A DNA stretch of 64,000 bases. Origin: Massalongia carnosa. Lineage: Eukaryota. Under the pieces are notes generated by a model. The model made no database searches, was not told the DNA's origin, and saw only the letters and a list, made by a program, of their open reading frames with translations. Made by a program: the position numbers and the translations under genes. Positions 28,101 through 41,029 of this stretch are shown here, in pieces; position 1 is the first letter of the stretch, and each line of letters begins with the position of its first letter. Location of the stretch: NCBI GenBank assembly GCA_965645245.1, contig OZ287081.1, positions 868,001 to 932,000 on the forward strand. Reading direction: 5' to 3'.

Positions 28101-30348
28101 CATGTTCTCCAATATTAGAATTCGGCTAGTAGGTAAATTAGGGTTGGCGTCCTTATATTCCTCGCCGTTCAATATAGAGTCCTTGTTCTCTTGCGCTACT
28201 TCGTCGTAAAATCGTTGGTGAACATATAATAGAACGTCCGCTGCAAATTTTGCACAGTTGTCCTTCGTTACGCTTTTACCGTATGCCCATGTGTTGTTAA
28301 TAATCTCATCTGCTAATTCGCCAATTCGAGACCGGATTGGCGTTTGTATACTCGCCCATTCTCGATCTAAAGACTCTTTGGTTTCTTTAAGCTGGGCTTC
28401 CTGCTGGCGTCGCTGCTTGTATTCCGCTTGCAAAATTTGACTCTGCTCAAGTCGATCTTTCTCTTTTCTCTCTGCGTACGCACGTTGAGTTAGAAGACGA
28501 GGTTTCAACACTTGCCAAGCGTGATCGCTCAAAGGTTGAGATATCTGCATTGCTGCCTGAAAAGTCTCCATGTGAGCTAGAACACTTGGAAGTAGTGGTG
28601 GATCTAGCGCTGCACACCGGCGTTCTATTTCAGCTCGGCGAGCAGCTTTAGCTTCATTAACGTCACGTAGGTTCCGTTCCGGTCGAAGCTGAGAAATGGA
28701 CATTGGATTACGTGGTAGCGAGTTTTCAGCATGTGGCACAGCGGTTGTCCAAGGAGTTGAAACTGATGCTTCAAAAAAGTTAGCGAAATAATGCTGGCGC
28801 AAAGACAGGTACAACTTACTTGATGGCGGTTGATGGAAATAGGGATAATGTATTGGGGAAGCTGACGCAGGGCTGCCGGAATCACCACTCAACCTGGACG
28901 GAATTCGCATACCTAAAGGGGTTGATCGCTCGGAGTTTGGTCCGCCTTTGGTATCCAAGGTTTTGAAACTCAAATTCGTTTGTCCTTGTGTCATTGCTGC
29001 TCTCTGGTGTGGACGCGGGTTAACTTTCCTAAGCCCGCCCTTCGCTTCCCATTGTTCCCAGCGAATAACCTCACTAAGTCGGTCCTTACCCTCAGCCTCA
29101 AGTCCTTTGATCCACTCGTCAGCAGAGGCATTGCCTAGATCCTTGGCGGCTTTCAACCGATGCTTGATTTCTTCAATGTGTGGCTTGTAGTAATGCTTCG
29201 TTAGCTGAAGCATAGATGGGTGGGCTGGGTTGCGGAGCGCGGTGCTGGTAATATAGTTGTTTGAAGATGAAATGAAAGCAAAGGGAAGGGCTGGTAAGAA
29301 CACTGATGAACAATCGGAAGAGAAAAGTAAGTTCACTTCCTACGGAAGCTGTCAGTTAATAGCTGCAAGGTAAGATTGGTTCCATCAAGAAAAGAAAATA
29401 AACCTTTTCGGATTTTTCGTGAAGACATTTTCCACAACATCTTATTGCGAAGGGCCAGATAACTCTGACCCCGTTCTCCCCGGGTCCAGATTCCCATGGA
29501 TTCTCCGGATTCGGTGATAGGGCAGACCCTTTTGTCCTCCCACAAGTCTGGCAATCACGACCTCGAAGAAGTTGCCACATTGACAATTCTTGCAATCCCC
29601 GGATTGGTTTAGGCAACCCCGGACAAAAAAGCCTTCGAGAGGCGGCCCAGATAGCCTGAGGACTCAAAGGCTGAGCTACGCTGAAGGGTATTGGCTTCGG
29701 GTCTTGCTCATCGGCATTGTCTTGTGTAAGATACGTATGGAAAGCATGGTTCACGAGCAAAAGCCGTCCTAGAAATACTGGCGGAACGAAACAAAATATA
29801 TACTGCCAGAGCTCAGCAGGCAAACCATGCGATCGAAACAAATTTTGTGCTTGCGCTATGAAATGCGGAGAACTGTTATTGGGCTTAGGCCGTTTTTTGC
29901 TTGCCTGATCACCTACAGGATCTCGCTTCCCTTCATCGAGAAAGGTCTGGTTCCCAGATCCATAGCCAATACTCCTATTCAATTGCAGCATGTTGTTCGT
30001 GGGTTCTCTACTAGGTACTTTTTCCTGGGGTTCATCTTTTTCCTGATCTTCGCGCTTGCGTTTTTGATATCTTTGAAGGCCTCCATTAGCCATGCTGACA
30101 GCGTTGGTACGTGTTTCCAGGGACGTCTGGACCTCTTCGTTTCCAAATCCTTGTGGCACCGTTGTTACGCCTGATCGGAAGTGTGCAGGATCCTCCATAT
30201 CGCCACGATAACTACCTGAATTTGGATGGAGCCGTTCACTTCCTAATGGCAACTCCATAATCTCTTGGGCTCGGGCCTTGGGCTCTGCAGCGTCCATACC
30301 CTGGAACAGGTCCGATGATGAAACGATGCTCACAGGGGATGAGTTCAT
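25161..30348 (-). CDS. Large conserved fungal protein with an F-box-like motif and degenerate zinc fingers
   Basis: LPAELWQYIFCFVPPVFLGRLLLVNHAF (F-box-like), CQTC..CGKC, CNGC..QHYAAKH, CKVC..NHFRTAH; intron 29340-29403 plus a short in-frame intron near 28770-28820. Confidence 0.75.
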
Positions 30349-31156
30349 GTCTTGGCTGCGCTCTCATGGCGCTGAAATTGCGTCTCGCAGGTCGTGGAGT
30401 ATCTATGCGATAAGTGACAGGGTTTGTCTATCAATTCCAGAAAATCAAGCCAAACTCCTAAGAAATTTAGGAGACACGGCAAAAAATAGAAATGCACTTG
30501 CGCAAGAAGAGCAACATGCACAGAGCCGGATAAGATAAATAAAACTAACAACGCTCAACTGAACCGGTTTGAAGTCGACAGAACCCCAAGTGCGATTCAA
30601 CAAGGTGTCCAAAGTGGCCTTGGAGATAGATATAGAATACTTAACAAAAAAGCTTTCGCACTGGATAGCTGGAATACAATAGCTATTGAAAGAAGACTGA
30701 GGTTGAGGTTTATTTGGGGTTTGATTAAGCTGGGTGAAGTAAGGAAGAAACGAAATCGCAGGTAGGGCGAAAATCCAAAGTCAGGGCGACGAATCAACGA
30801 CAATTACCGTTAAGGCCAACTAGCCTACATTTAAATTACATTTACCTGAGGCAATGCATCACCATATCAAAAGGTCTCAGCCTTTTCAGCCTTTAATCGT
30901 TAACAACCATTCAATAATCATATTGTAAGTTTTTGGATTTGCGTACCAGACACCTGCCTTGACTCATGCAAATTTCGCAGACACTCGAAAGAAGCGATAA
31001 TCACACGACGAAGCCTCTGCTTTGGAACTCTCGACGCACTCTCTCTAGCTAAAGGTATATCGGCGATTTCGCAACGCTCAGATTTGATATTGACATTTGA
31101 TGGATCAGGTGTTAGCTCGATATTTTTTGTCCTTCTGGAATGTCAAAAGCTTGGTC

Positions 31157-33822
31157 ATGGCTACTTTAAATGTGTCTACTAATGGTTCTTCAATTTCAAA
31201 GAGCTATCAGACTGTTCTCAGTTCTAGTACCTCCTCTGGACCTGCCTCGAAATCGCAAACCTATGGACAATGGGCTGTCTTTTCTGTTTCCGCACCTCTG
31301 GCAAATGCCTTTCAGCAAGACGCTGGCGGGAAGGAGAGCTTACTCAAAGTGCAGAGTACAGGAGGTGAGCACTCTCTTCAAGAATGCCATTGTTAGCTTA
31401 CTAATCCTTCTTCTAGAGGGCGAGTTGGTTGACCTCATTGACGAATTCGCGGATGGAAGATTACAATTTGCATTTGTCAAAGTTAACGATCCAAATACCG
31501 CGCTGCCAAAATATGTTTTAATCGCTTGGTGTGGAGAGGGTGTTCCTGAACGGACAAAAGGCTACTTTATAAGTCATCTTGCGACTGTCTCCAAAGTTCT
31601 CCACGTAGGTACATTTCCCTTCAATTTGCACACGCCAAACACCTCTAACACTAAGTAAGGGCTATCATGTACAAATAACTGCACGATCAGATCGTGACCT
31701 TTCTCCTGAAGGAATTGTGCAGAAGGTCTCGGACGCATCAGGTTCGAAGTATTCAGCAAGTACTTCCAGTCTAAGTCAAAAAGGCCCAATTACCCCAATC
31801 TCATCAAAGCCAGCTTTCACGCCTACCCGTAGCAGTGGAGGTATCGGTGGATTTAATCCCTTGGTTGGCTCAAGGGGTAGTTCGAAAACCTCAACTGATA
31901 GAACCGTTGATGAAGATGGTTGGGGCCAGGATGCGCCTCCGGTGACCCGAACGCAGTTAGAGAAGGTTCAGTCTTCTTATCAGCCAACGAAAGTCAACAT
32001 GCGGGAACTCAGCTTACAGAAAACCGAACCATCACAACTTAACGCTACCCGCATTGATACTTCAGCAGAGAGCAGCGATGTCGTCAAAGGGGGATATCAG
32101 CCGGTGGGCAAAGTAGACATTGCGGCGCTGCGAAGACAGGCTCAGGAAAGCAGCAACACCAACGATGAGAGACCGAGCGCCGTGAAAGGTTCATATGAAC
32201 CTGTTGGTAAGGTCGACATAGCAGCGATTCGAGCCCGGGCGCAGAAACCGACAGAAGGAACACAATCAGCCTCAGAAAATACTTCTTCCGCGGTTCCGAG
32301 TCCTTCGGCGCGTACCAACAATCGCGCTTCAGGGGATACATCGCTTCCCGATCGATCGGGGCCTTCATCTACTTCTGAACGTCTTACGTCACTTCCTAAA
32401 CCAAAGTTTGGCAACCGCTTTGGGTCTGGTATCAATAACTTTTCAGGAAACGTTGCTCCAACACCCAGAGGATTCGACTCAGGGTTGCAAAGCAGTTCTG
32501 TTATACCGCCAGTTGGTGTAGGCAGGACCTTTGCGGATCAAGCTGGGAAAACCCCTGCCCAAATTTGGGCCGAAAAGAAGGGCCGCGATCGAGGTATCAG
32601 CGGCGGAAACGAGATAACGCCATCATCAGCTCTGGGAGGTCAAGCAGCTCCTCTTGTGAGCCAGAATTCGGGAGGAGGCGAGTGGAAAAGCGGTTATGGA
32701 GGGAAAAGCTGGGCTCCTGTACAGACGACGCGCACAAGTCAATCCTCCGGCAGCTTGGGCCACCAGGAAACCGGCGAAAATGCTCATGAGGATGCTCCTA
32801 CGTCTCCGGCAGGAGGGGTTGGCGCTATTCGTGACCGATTCAAAAATGTACCTCCAATTGGCGCCGGGAATATTGGTAATGACCGCACAGCACCTAGCCC
32901 ACCGCCGCTTGATACGTCCAACAAGCCTAACGCTGGTCGTGGAATCCCTCTTCCTGGCCTTCCAAGCCGACCCTCTCAAGTAGCTCCCGAAGAAGAACAT
33001 GAAGAAATCTCGAGGCTGCCCACGCCTCCACCCCAGCCACCTCGAAGTCCCACCCCCCCAACTCCACCAACTCGGGATTCTGGATCGCCCATTCGTGTTG
33101 CTAGACCTATCGGACGGGGAATCACACAAGAGGTAAACAGCGTTAGGGAAGAGCAATTCTCGCCACCTCCAGCTATGCCCACCCGCTCGCTTGCACAAGC
33201 AGTTCCTCACGAAGACGAACTTACCGAGGAGCCACCAGGGCATGATCCAGCTCGAGGAGCCGGGGAAGCTGCTGCTGCCGTTTTGTTTGGCCACGAAGCT
33301 GTACAGCATGCGCAGCCAGGGGCACTCGTGCATGGGAAACGTGCTTTAGTGCAGTATGATTATGAGAAAGCCGAGGATAACGAGGTAGAACTGAAAGAGG
33401 GAGATTACGTCACTAACATCGAAATGGTGGACGAGCATTGGTGGATGGGGGAAAACAAGCACGGCGCGTCAGGGCTCTTCCCGAGCAACTATGTTGAGCT
33501 AGTCGAAGAGGACGAACGCCACGAGGAAACCCCAGCACATCATCATGCGTATGGTCAAGAGAGTTCCGACAAGGTTCCCGCACCTAGCCGAGGTTTTGTT
33601 GCGACCGCTCTTTACGATTATGAGGCAGCCGAAGACAACGAGATCAGTTTTCCCGAAGATGCCAAGATTACCTCTGTTGTAAGTGCACTGTCCGTGGGAG
33701 ACGCCGCAATACCCCTTACTGATGACCTTGAATAGGAATTTCCAGATGATGATTGGTGGTCTGGGGAGTATGGGGGGAAGTCGGGGCTTTTCCCTGCCAG
33801 TTATGTGCGCCTTGAGGAATGA
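31157..33822 (+). CDS. ABP1: Actin-binding protein, Abp1/drebrin-like (ADF-H domain plus two SH3 domains)
   Basis: ADF-H region (LPKYVLIAWCGEGVP), KVDIAA repeats, Pro-rich linker, SH3 ALVQYDY..GLFPSNYV and ALYDY..GLFPASYV; three introns. Confidence 0.88.
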
Positions 33823-34033
33823 AAGGCCCCTAAGTCGTCTCCATACCATCTCACTACTTAACATGCATGGTCGTCAACCATATGATTACCTCCACCCATT
33901 CAGAGTTTTCTTTACTACGTACATGATCTACAAAAAGCTCGTTGAACAGCTTCTGTGTTATCGCAGCTTCCCAGAGAATCCAGCGATATTCCAATCGCTC
34001 GTTCTATGTAGTGTGCTGAAACCCTGGTCGGCC

Positions 34034-35089
34034 TTACTGCTTTGGGTTCTTCGAGTAGAAAAAGTTAGCCCCTATTTCAGTATTAGCATCTACAATCTTA
34101 TTATTTCTTTGAATCCGCCATGCATCCTTTCATCTGATTTGGCCATGCTACAGGTTGACTTCTCGGCAAACTTACCAACCACCACAAGGTTGTTATCCTT
34201 TGCCCATTCCCGAACCCCCTTCCCTACCTTTCCATAACCCCAATGAGCTCTCTCTTTTGGCAGTTTTAGCTCCGTTGACCCGACGGTCAAATCATTTCCC
34301 CCTTTCGATACGAGCAGAACAAAGACATAACGGTGGGGGCCCGTCTTCGGCGGTGGGGAAGGAGCAAGGTAAGATAATAGTTCCGTGATATTGCCGGCAA
34401 CCTTCCACTCGCCCCCACGTGTCAAGTGGGCAATCTCGATGGCATTAATCTCCGAGGCGGGTAAGGAGACGCCCGTGGTGATCCAGTGGCACATTTCTGC
34501 CATGACGGGATCGGCACGGGAGGTAGCATCGGGATCCGTCAGGACGAGGGTATACGTTACGTTGCTGCGGAGCGTGGGCGTGGGCGTGGACTTTAGGGAG
34601 GGAAATGCATGGATCTCGAATATGGGAGCGGAGGAGACTTCGGAGGGCACGATGGCATTGCCTAGGTTTATGGAGTGGTGCGAGGAGGGATAGGAGAGGG
34701 AAAGGGAGACTCGGGGGTAGAAATCATCCAAGACTGTGGGCATTAGGATAGATTAGCGGCTTCTCTGCATGGCTTTGCAACAACGGTACAGCTACAAGTA
34801 AAGGGTTTTTCTGGATGCTTCACGAACGAAGGAACGACTGGGAGGAGGCCAAACCATCGGGAATGATCTCGGCTTTCTTCAATCTATTCGCGGTTAGCAA
34901 AGATTATGGGAAGAGAGACGTTGCTCTGTGATCTCCATACTCCGTCTGAATCTGCTTTGGATTCGATAAAAAGTCGGGGCTAAGCGGGGACTGGTGCATG
35001 TCCGCCGCCCATAGCGGTGCGGCGACAGTTCCCCAGGGCAGACCCGCGAACGGTAGAAGGAGCTGGTAACACGAAGATGATAACATCAT
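34034..35089 (-). CDS. PEBP/RKIP-family protein (carboxypeptidase Y inhibitor Tfs1-like) with a possible signal peptide
   Basis: Spliced LKKAEIIPDVLDDF, LTDPDATSR..EMCHW, PSPPPKTGPHRYVFVL, last exon GANFFYSKNPKQ-TAA; three introns. Confidence 0.88.
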
Positions 35090-35694
35090 GGTTATTTAGC
35101 GGTGGAACAAAAATTTGATAGGGCTTGTCAAGGAACGCGGAATAGACTCAGATGAAGAATGATTGTTAATAGACTGCGAGTGAGTGAACCATCCATCCTG
35201 AATGCTAAATGGTGAGTGAGGGGCACCGGAACGTCATTTAGTCGAGATGGTGGTCGATCAGAAATTGCCAAGACTCTTGTTACTACTAAGCTTACCACCT
35301 TACCTAATCGAGAAAGCCGCATCGAAAACGCAAAATCATGCTTCCGCCATCCGAGAGAGTACAAACTTCGTTGATAGAATCAAAACACGCAACGAGCCTG
35401 CAAGTTTCTGGAGCTACCTAGGCATCAAGGCCATGTCGCCCTCTCGGAATTAGCCCGATCAGCATCGAATTGGACTTGCATTAAGATCAATCTGGAGCAT
35501 AGGAGAAACATAAAATAGGCCGCCTATGAACTTAACGACGTATTTGAACGTTAGAGGATAAAGTGGAAAACGCGAGCCAGGCCTCGTCCAGGGAGAGGAG
35601 CGCGTGACCGTTTGAATCTGCAAAAAAACCGTTGATCGAGAATAAACCACAGATCTAACATTCGGAGACTAGCTCGTTGCCAAAGTCCTTCGTT

Positions 35695-38328
35695 ATGGCT
35701 TCCCTGGGGGAAGACCTCCTAGGCATAGTCAACAAGCTGCAAGACCTGGTGTTTAATACCATCGGCAACGATTCGCTGGATCTTCCGCAGATTGTATGCT
35801 CTGCAATCGTCAATTGCTGTCTACAAACCCTTTGCGGTTTCACTCTACCGTAGCTAACTCATGTGCAGGTTGTCGTGGGCTCCCAATCGTCCGGCAAGTC
35901 TTCAGTCTTGGAGAACATCGTCGGTAGAGACTTTCTTCCTCGTGGCAGTGGGATCGTGACGAGGCGGCCCTTGATTCTACAACTCATTAACGTCCCTAGC
36001 GAGCGGGATGATAGGCTAGAAGGCGACGAAGTGTATGTCCCACATACAGCCGCAAGCGTGGCAGGGCAAGGCGAGTGGGCGGAATTTCACCACATGCCAG
36101 GTCAAAAGTTTCGTGACTTTGGAGAGGTGAAGAGAGAGATAGAAAATGAAACAGCCCGTATAGCAGGAAGCAACAAGGGTATTAACCGGCAGCCGATCAA
36201 TTTAAAGATTTACTCACCACATGTCCTCAGTCTCACGTTGGTCGATCTTCCCGGCTTGACTAAGGTACCTATTGGGGACCAGCCGTCGGATATAGAGAAG
36301 CAAACAAGAAATCTCATTTCCGAGTATATTGCTAAACCAAATAGCATTATACTGGCGGTGTCCCCTGCTAATGTAGACATTGTGAATTCCGAAGCCCTTA
36401 AACTTGCCAGACATGTCGATCCGATGGGGCGACGGACTATAGGTGTGCTGACAAAGGTAGACTTGATGGACCATGGGACGAATGCTCTCGACATACTTTC
36501 GGGTCGGGTGTATCCTCTTAAACTTGGCTTCATTGGCGTGGTCAATCGATCACAGCAGGATATTCAAGGCAACAAATCCCTCGCTGACGCTCTCAAGTCC
36601 GAGTCGGAATTCTTCAGACACCATCCAGCGTATCGAAACATGGCGAACCGATGCGGCACGCAGTTTCTAGCAAAAAGCCTCAACACGACTCTCATGTCTC
36701 ATATCCGCGACCGGTTACCAGATATCAAGGCCAGACTGAACACTTTAATGGGCCAGACCCAGCAGGAGCTTGCAAGCTATGGCAACATGCAGTTTAGCGG
36801 CAAAGAGCATCGAGGATCATTGATTTTGCAGCTCATGACACGCTTTGCCTCCTCGTTTATTTCATCTATAGATGGGACTTCAATGGAGATTTCAACCAAG
36901 GAGCTATGCGGTGGGGCGAGAATTTACTATATATTCAATTCTGTTTTTGGCAATTCCCTAGAAACGATCGATCCTACAACAAATCTTTCGGTCCTTGATA
37001 TTCGAACAGCCATACGCAATTCCACCGGTCCTCGCCCTAGCCTCTTTGTACCCGAACTCGCTTTCGACCTGCTGGTGAAGCCGCAGATCAAAATGTTGGA
37101 AGTGCCGAGCCAGCGCTGCGTTGAATTAGTCTACGAAGAGCTGATCAAGATCTGTCACACTTGTGGTTCAACTGAGCTTTCTCGGTTCCCTCGCTTACAA
37201 GCTAAGCTCATTGAGGTTGTCTCCGACTTACTTCGAGAAAGACTAGGTCCTTCCTCGAGTTATGTTGAGTCTCTGATATCAATCCAACGGGCTTACATAA
37301 ACACGAACCATCCTAATTTCCTCGGAGCAGCGGCGGCAATGTCGTCGGTAATTCAAAGCAAGCAAGAAAAGGAGAAGAAAGCTGCGGCAGCCGAAGAGAG
37401 GAGAAAGCGAGAACGTCGGAGACAGAAAGAGCTAGGGGGTGGTGTCAATGGCGCAGAAACCCCTGAAGAAGAGGAGGAGGAAGCGAATGAAGATACCAAA
37501 ACCTTTCATGGCCTCCCTATCCGACCTCACGCATCGAAAACAGGAAGAAGCATGTCTCCTGCTGTGGGACGTCATGTTGAGAATGGTCATGTGGGTCTTA
37601 CCAACACAATTAACGGGGGCCGGTCTAGCTCTCCGCCACGGTTCAGTAACGCCGCGGCCGGGGGTTCCAAAGATTCGTTTCTCAACTACTTCTTTGGAAA
37701 AGAGGGTGGGTTGCCTTCGGCTGGGGGGTTGAATGCAGGCGCAGTTGGTGGAACAGCTGCTGCCGCGGCGATGGGAAATCGACATGTAAGCCATCACGTC
37801 GAGCCAAGTTTTAGCCAGAGCATACGGCGAGGCGAAAACCGACTTATAGAACGAGCTTCGCCTATGCAAATACAATACGGCCAGGATGACTATGATATCG
37901 GCAGGTCTAATCGAGATTATGAATATGATTCACAATTTGTAAGTCTTCCATTTCCCTCCCGCTCTTTTGGTTAGACATCGGAAGGTCATGCTAAAATTTC
38001 GAAAAAATAGCCTCCAACTCCAATGCAAGACCCCGAGCTCACCGAGCGCGAAGCTCTCGAAACAGAACTAATCCGCCGCCTCATCTCCTCGTACTTCAAC
38101 ATCGTGCGCGAGACCATAGCCGACCAGGTTCCTAAGGCGGTTATGCACCTCCTCGTCAACCACTCCAAGGACGTGGTGCAGAATCGGCTCGTGAGCGAGC
38201 TCTACCGCGAGGAGCTTTTCGGCGATCTGCTGTACGAGGACGACGGCATCAAGGCCGAGCGCGAGAAGTGCGAGAAGCTGCTGAGCACTTATCGCGAGGC
38301 GGCGCGGATTGTCGGGGAGGTGCTTTGA
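35695..38328 (+). CDS. DNM1: Dynamin-related GTPase for mitochondrial/peroxisomal fission
   Basis: GSQSSGKSS, VTRRP, DLPG, TKVD, middle domain, and GED IRRLISSYFNIVRETIADQVPKAVMHLLVN; introns near 35794-35868 and 37939-38010. Confidence 0.95.
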
Positions 38329-38865
38329 GCTGTCGACGTCGTTTGGGAGGGTTAGCTAAGGGGGCTAAACTGAGGGTCATGGGTAAGTATAAGAGGTTTC
38401 TGTGTACAGCTGAAGAGAAGTGTTCCTGCGATGCTCGTGTGTGTGATAGAGTTTGCCAAGGGGAGGGCAGGGGAGGGCAGAGGAGGGGTTCAAGGCATTG
38501 TGGAGGGTTGTATTTATAATCATTCGCACGTGCGCATCCGACGCTCGAGCACTTTCTGCCATTGTGCGCTCTCGCTGGAGGGGGACCGGGACGATACTGC
38601 CTCATATGATGTATTCTAGACGAGCGAGCGAGCGAGAGAAAGGGGGGGACTCAACTTTACACTTCTGTGGAGAGGTGAGAGAAAAGGGGGAGGGGAGATG
38701 TAATAGTCAGTCAGCTAGTCAGTTAGTCACATCACTACTATACTCTGTGCCTACCTACATAGGTGGTACTTAACTACATACATACATACATACATATCTA
38801 GACTACCTTGCTCGTCTTTGGGTGGATTACGCGCTTGCCCATCTCTTTGTATTTATCAATCTATA

Positions 38866-40724
38866 ATCGTCGGCCTCGCTTAGCTGCCTCCATACGAGGT
38901 GTACCACCTCTAGTCGGGGAAAGCGGTCTGCGTAGGCAAGCGATCTGCGTAGTTTCAATCTTAGGATTCACCCATTTTACCACCTATTTTGCAGCTTTTT
39001 GCAACACTTCTCGACCGCAACCTACGACCGTTAGCTGTTATTAATCATACCATAGATAGATATCAACTGCACACCCTAACTGCTCATTTATCAACCGGGA
39101 ATGCATTATATTTTTCCAATTTCACCAGTTTTATCACCTATTTACAACTCATTTGCGACGCCGTCTCATCATGATTTGCAACCTCCATTTGCTTTATTTT
39201 CAACCTCATTTGCAAATATTATTAATAAGTAGATATATATCAACTGTGCGTTCTAATAGTTACTCCTAGTCTGACGATAGCCCCTTTGATAAAAGTTAAA
39301 CTGCTCATCCTCATCACCCTCATCACCCTCATCATTCTCATTATTCTTAGTGTTGATCTCTGCAAGGACATCTTGGATAGCCTTATCATGCCAATGCTTA
39401 TAGGGTTGAAATACGCCCACATCAAGGGGTTGCATACAATGAGTCAGATGGGGTATCAGGGGGAGAGGGCGAATGTGATTTTCATTGGCAAGCTTTATAA
39501 ACTCAGGGGTGCAATAACTAAGTCCCATGATTATCCATGTGCATCAATTTCTACTGCTTTGTAGGCCCCGAGTTTGTATTCGCAATGAAATGCTTCAAAA
39601 ATTCAATGGCTATTTTATCGGTGATGAACCCACTTTTTGATACTTCAGTCAGAGTCCCCGTGGGCAGCCCCTCTTGGAACCAGTTCTGCATTATTCTACG
39701 ACCTTGCATAATTAAAAGGGGAGAAGGTGGTTGATGACCGGCGGCGTTGATGCTTTCGATTATGAGAGATTTGCGATTTTCTGGACTGATTGAATAGAAC
39801 TCCTTAATATCTGATGGAACTAGAATTTCATGACCCTTCATACACTCAACTCGAATCCTGCTTTATCAAAGTTCCAGATATCTTGTGAATGAGTTATCCC
39901 CAACTCTGCAAGAACCCGCTGATATCGATCAAACCATAATCTTACATCTGACTCCTGAGCCGCAGTATATCGAACAACTGCCAGCGGCTTAGTCTTTATC
40001 TTGTGCAGGCCATTGTCTTTCCACCGTTGCCTAAACCACCGCGGACTTGGATCATTGAATTCGGCATCTTGAGCACGTTTCAGAGTCTTAATGGCAGCAA
40101 AAGCCACTTTATGAGTAGGTTGAATGCCATACGCATTCAGAGATCGAATGAATTCGTGAATGGCTCTGACCTGATGCTCCTCCAGTATTTTGTTCTACCC
40201 TTCAATTTTCTTCGACGGCATCTTCTCACGTTCAATTGAACTGTATAGAGTGATGTCGACGAGGTTGAAGATTCGAGCAGCGCAAACGATGCTCTCCTTG
40301 GGGTTTTCTAATAAAACTGCTTAGCATTTTGCACGCGCGTTGCAATAGAATCACTGGTTTTAATAAGGTTCTTATTCATGATGCTGCTGCTATTCATGAT
40401 TGAGGTGGGGAGCGGTTGATGAAATAGGGAGAGAGTGATTGACGAAATAGGAGGCATGCAACTGATGCGGTCGCGATTGAATAAAGGTGAATATCCCGGT
40501 TAATCAATGAGTAGTTAGGATGTGCAGTTGATATCTATGGTATGAATAATAACAGCTAACGGTCGTAGGTTGCGGTCGAGAAGTGTTGCAAAAAGCTGCA
40601 AAATAGGTGGTAAAATGGGTGAATTCTGAGATTGAAACTACGCAGATCGCTTGCCTACGCAGACCGCTTTCCCCGACTAGAGGTGGTACACCTCGTATGG
40701 AGGCAGCTAAGCGAGGCCGACGAT
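38866..40724 (-). mobile_element. Fot1/pogo-type DNA transposon (element A), internally deleted, with ~235-bp TIRs and a TA TSD
   Basis: TA|ATCGTCGGCC...GGCCGACGAT|TA; inverted repeats 38866-39100 and 40494-40724, first ~95 bp identical. Confidence 0.92.
39253..40397 (-). pseudogene. Frameshifted and deleted pogo/Fot1 (DDE_1, CENP-B HTH) transposase
   Basis: Fragments WFRQRWK, IWNFDKAGF, ESINAAG..PSPLLIMQG, SKSGFITD, PHLTHCMQPLDVGVFQPYKHWH lie in shifting frames. Confidence 0.88.
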
Positions 40725-41029
40725 TAATGTGAAAAGGGAAAGAAAGGAAAAAGAAAGATGAAAAACGAACTTCTCCATTTTATTTACCTACACACATACA
40801 TGCCTGCTTCCCTTTCATGCGATTCCCATTCTTTTCGTCTGAAGAAATCGCGGTCTGGCTGGCTGGTAAAGGCGTTTTTTTAGGTGGCTATTTAGCAGAT
40901 AGGCGAGGGTTCGTGCGTTCGTTCGTTGATTGAACATATCAAGGTGTGTGTACATATAATAATAAAACGGTTCTTTACAGAACGACGTTCAAAAGCGGTT
41001 ACGTTTACACGAAAGCATTTGCCTCGTCC

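Noticed and set aside
2988..38360. Stop-codon readthrough producing peroxisomal PTS1 extensions (checked CYS3, RAD17, AMD1, ABP1, DNM1)
   Set aside because: None has the TGA-CTA readthrough context; the CYS3 and DNM1 extensions I translated do not end in an SKL-like tripeptide
38883..38900. GCTGCCTCCATACGAGGT resembles a conserved bacterial 16S rRNA segment
   Set aside because: Only ~9 nt match, it sits inside a transposon TIR and there is no flanking rRNA similarity
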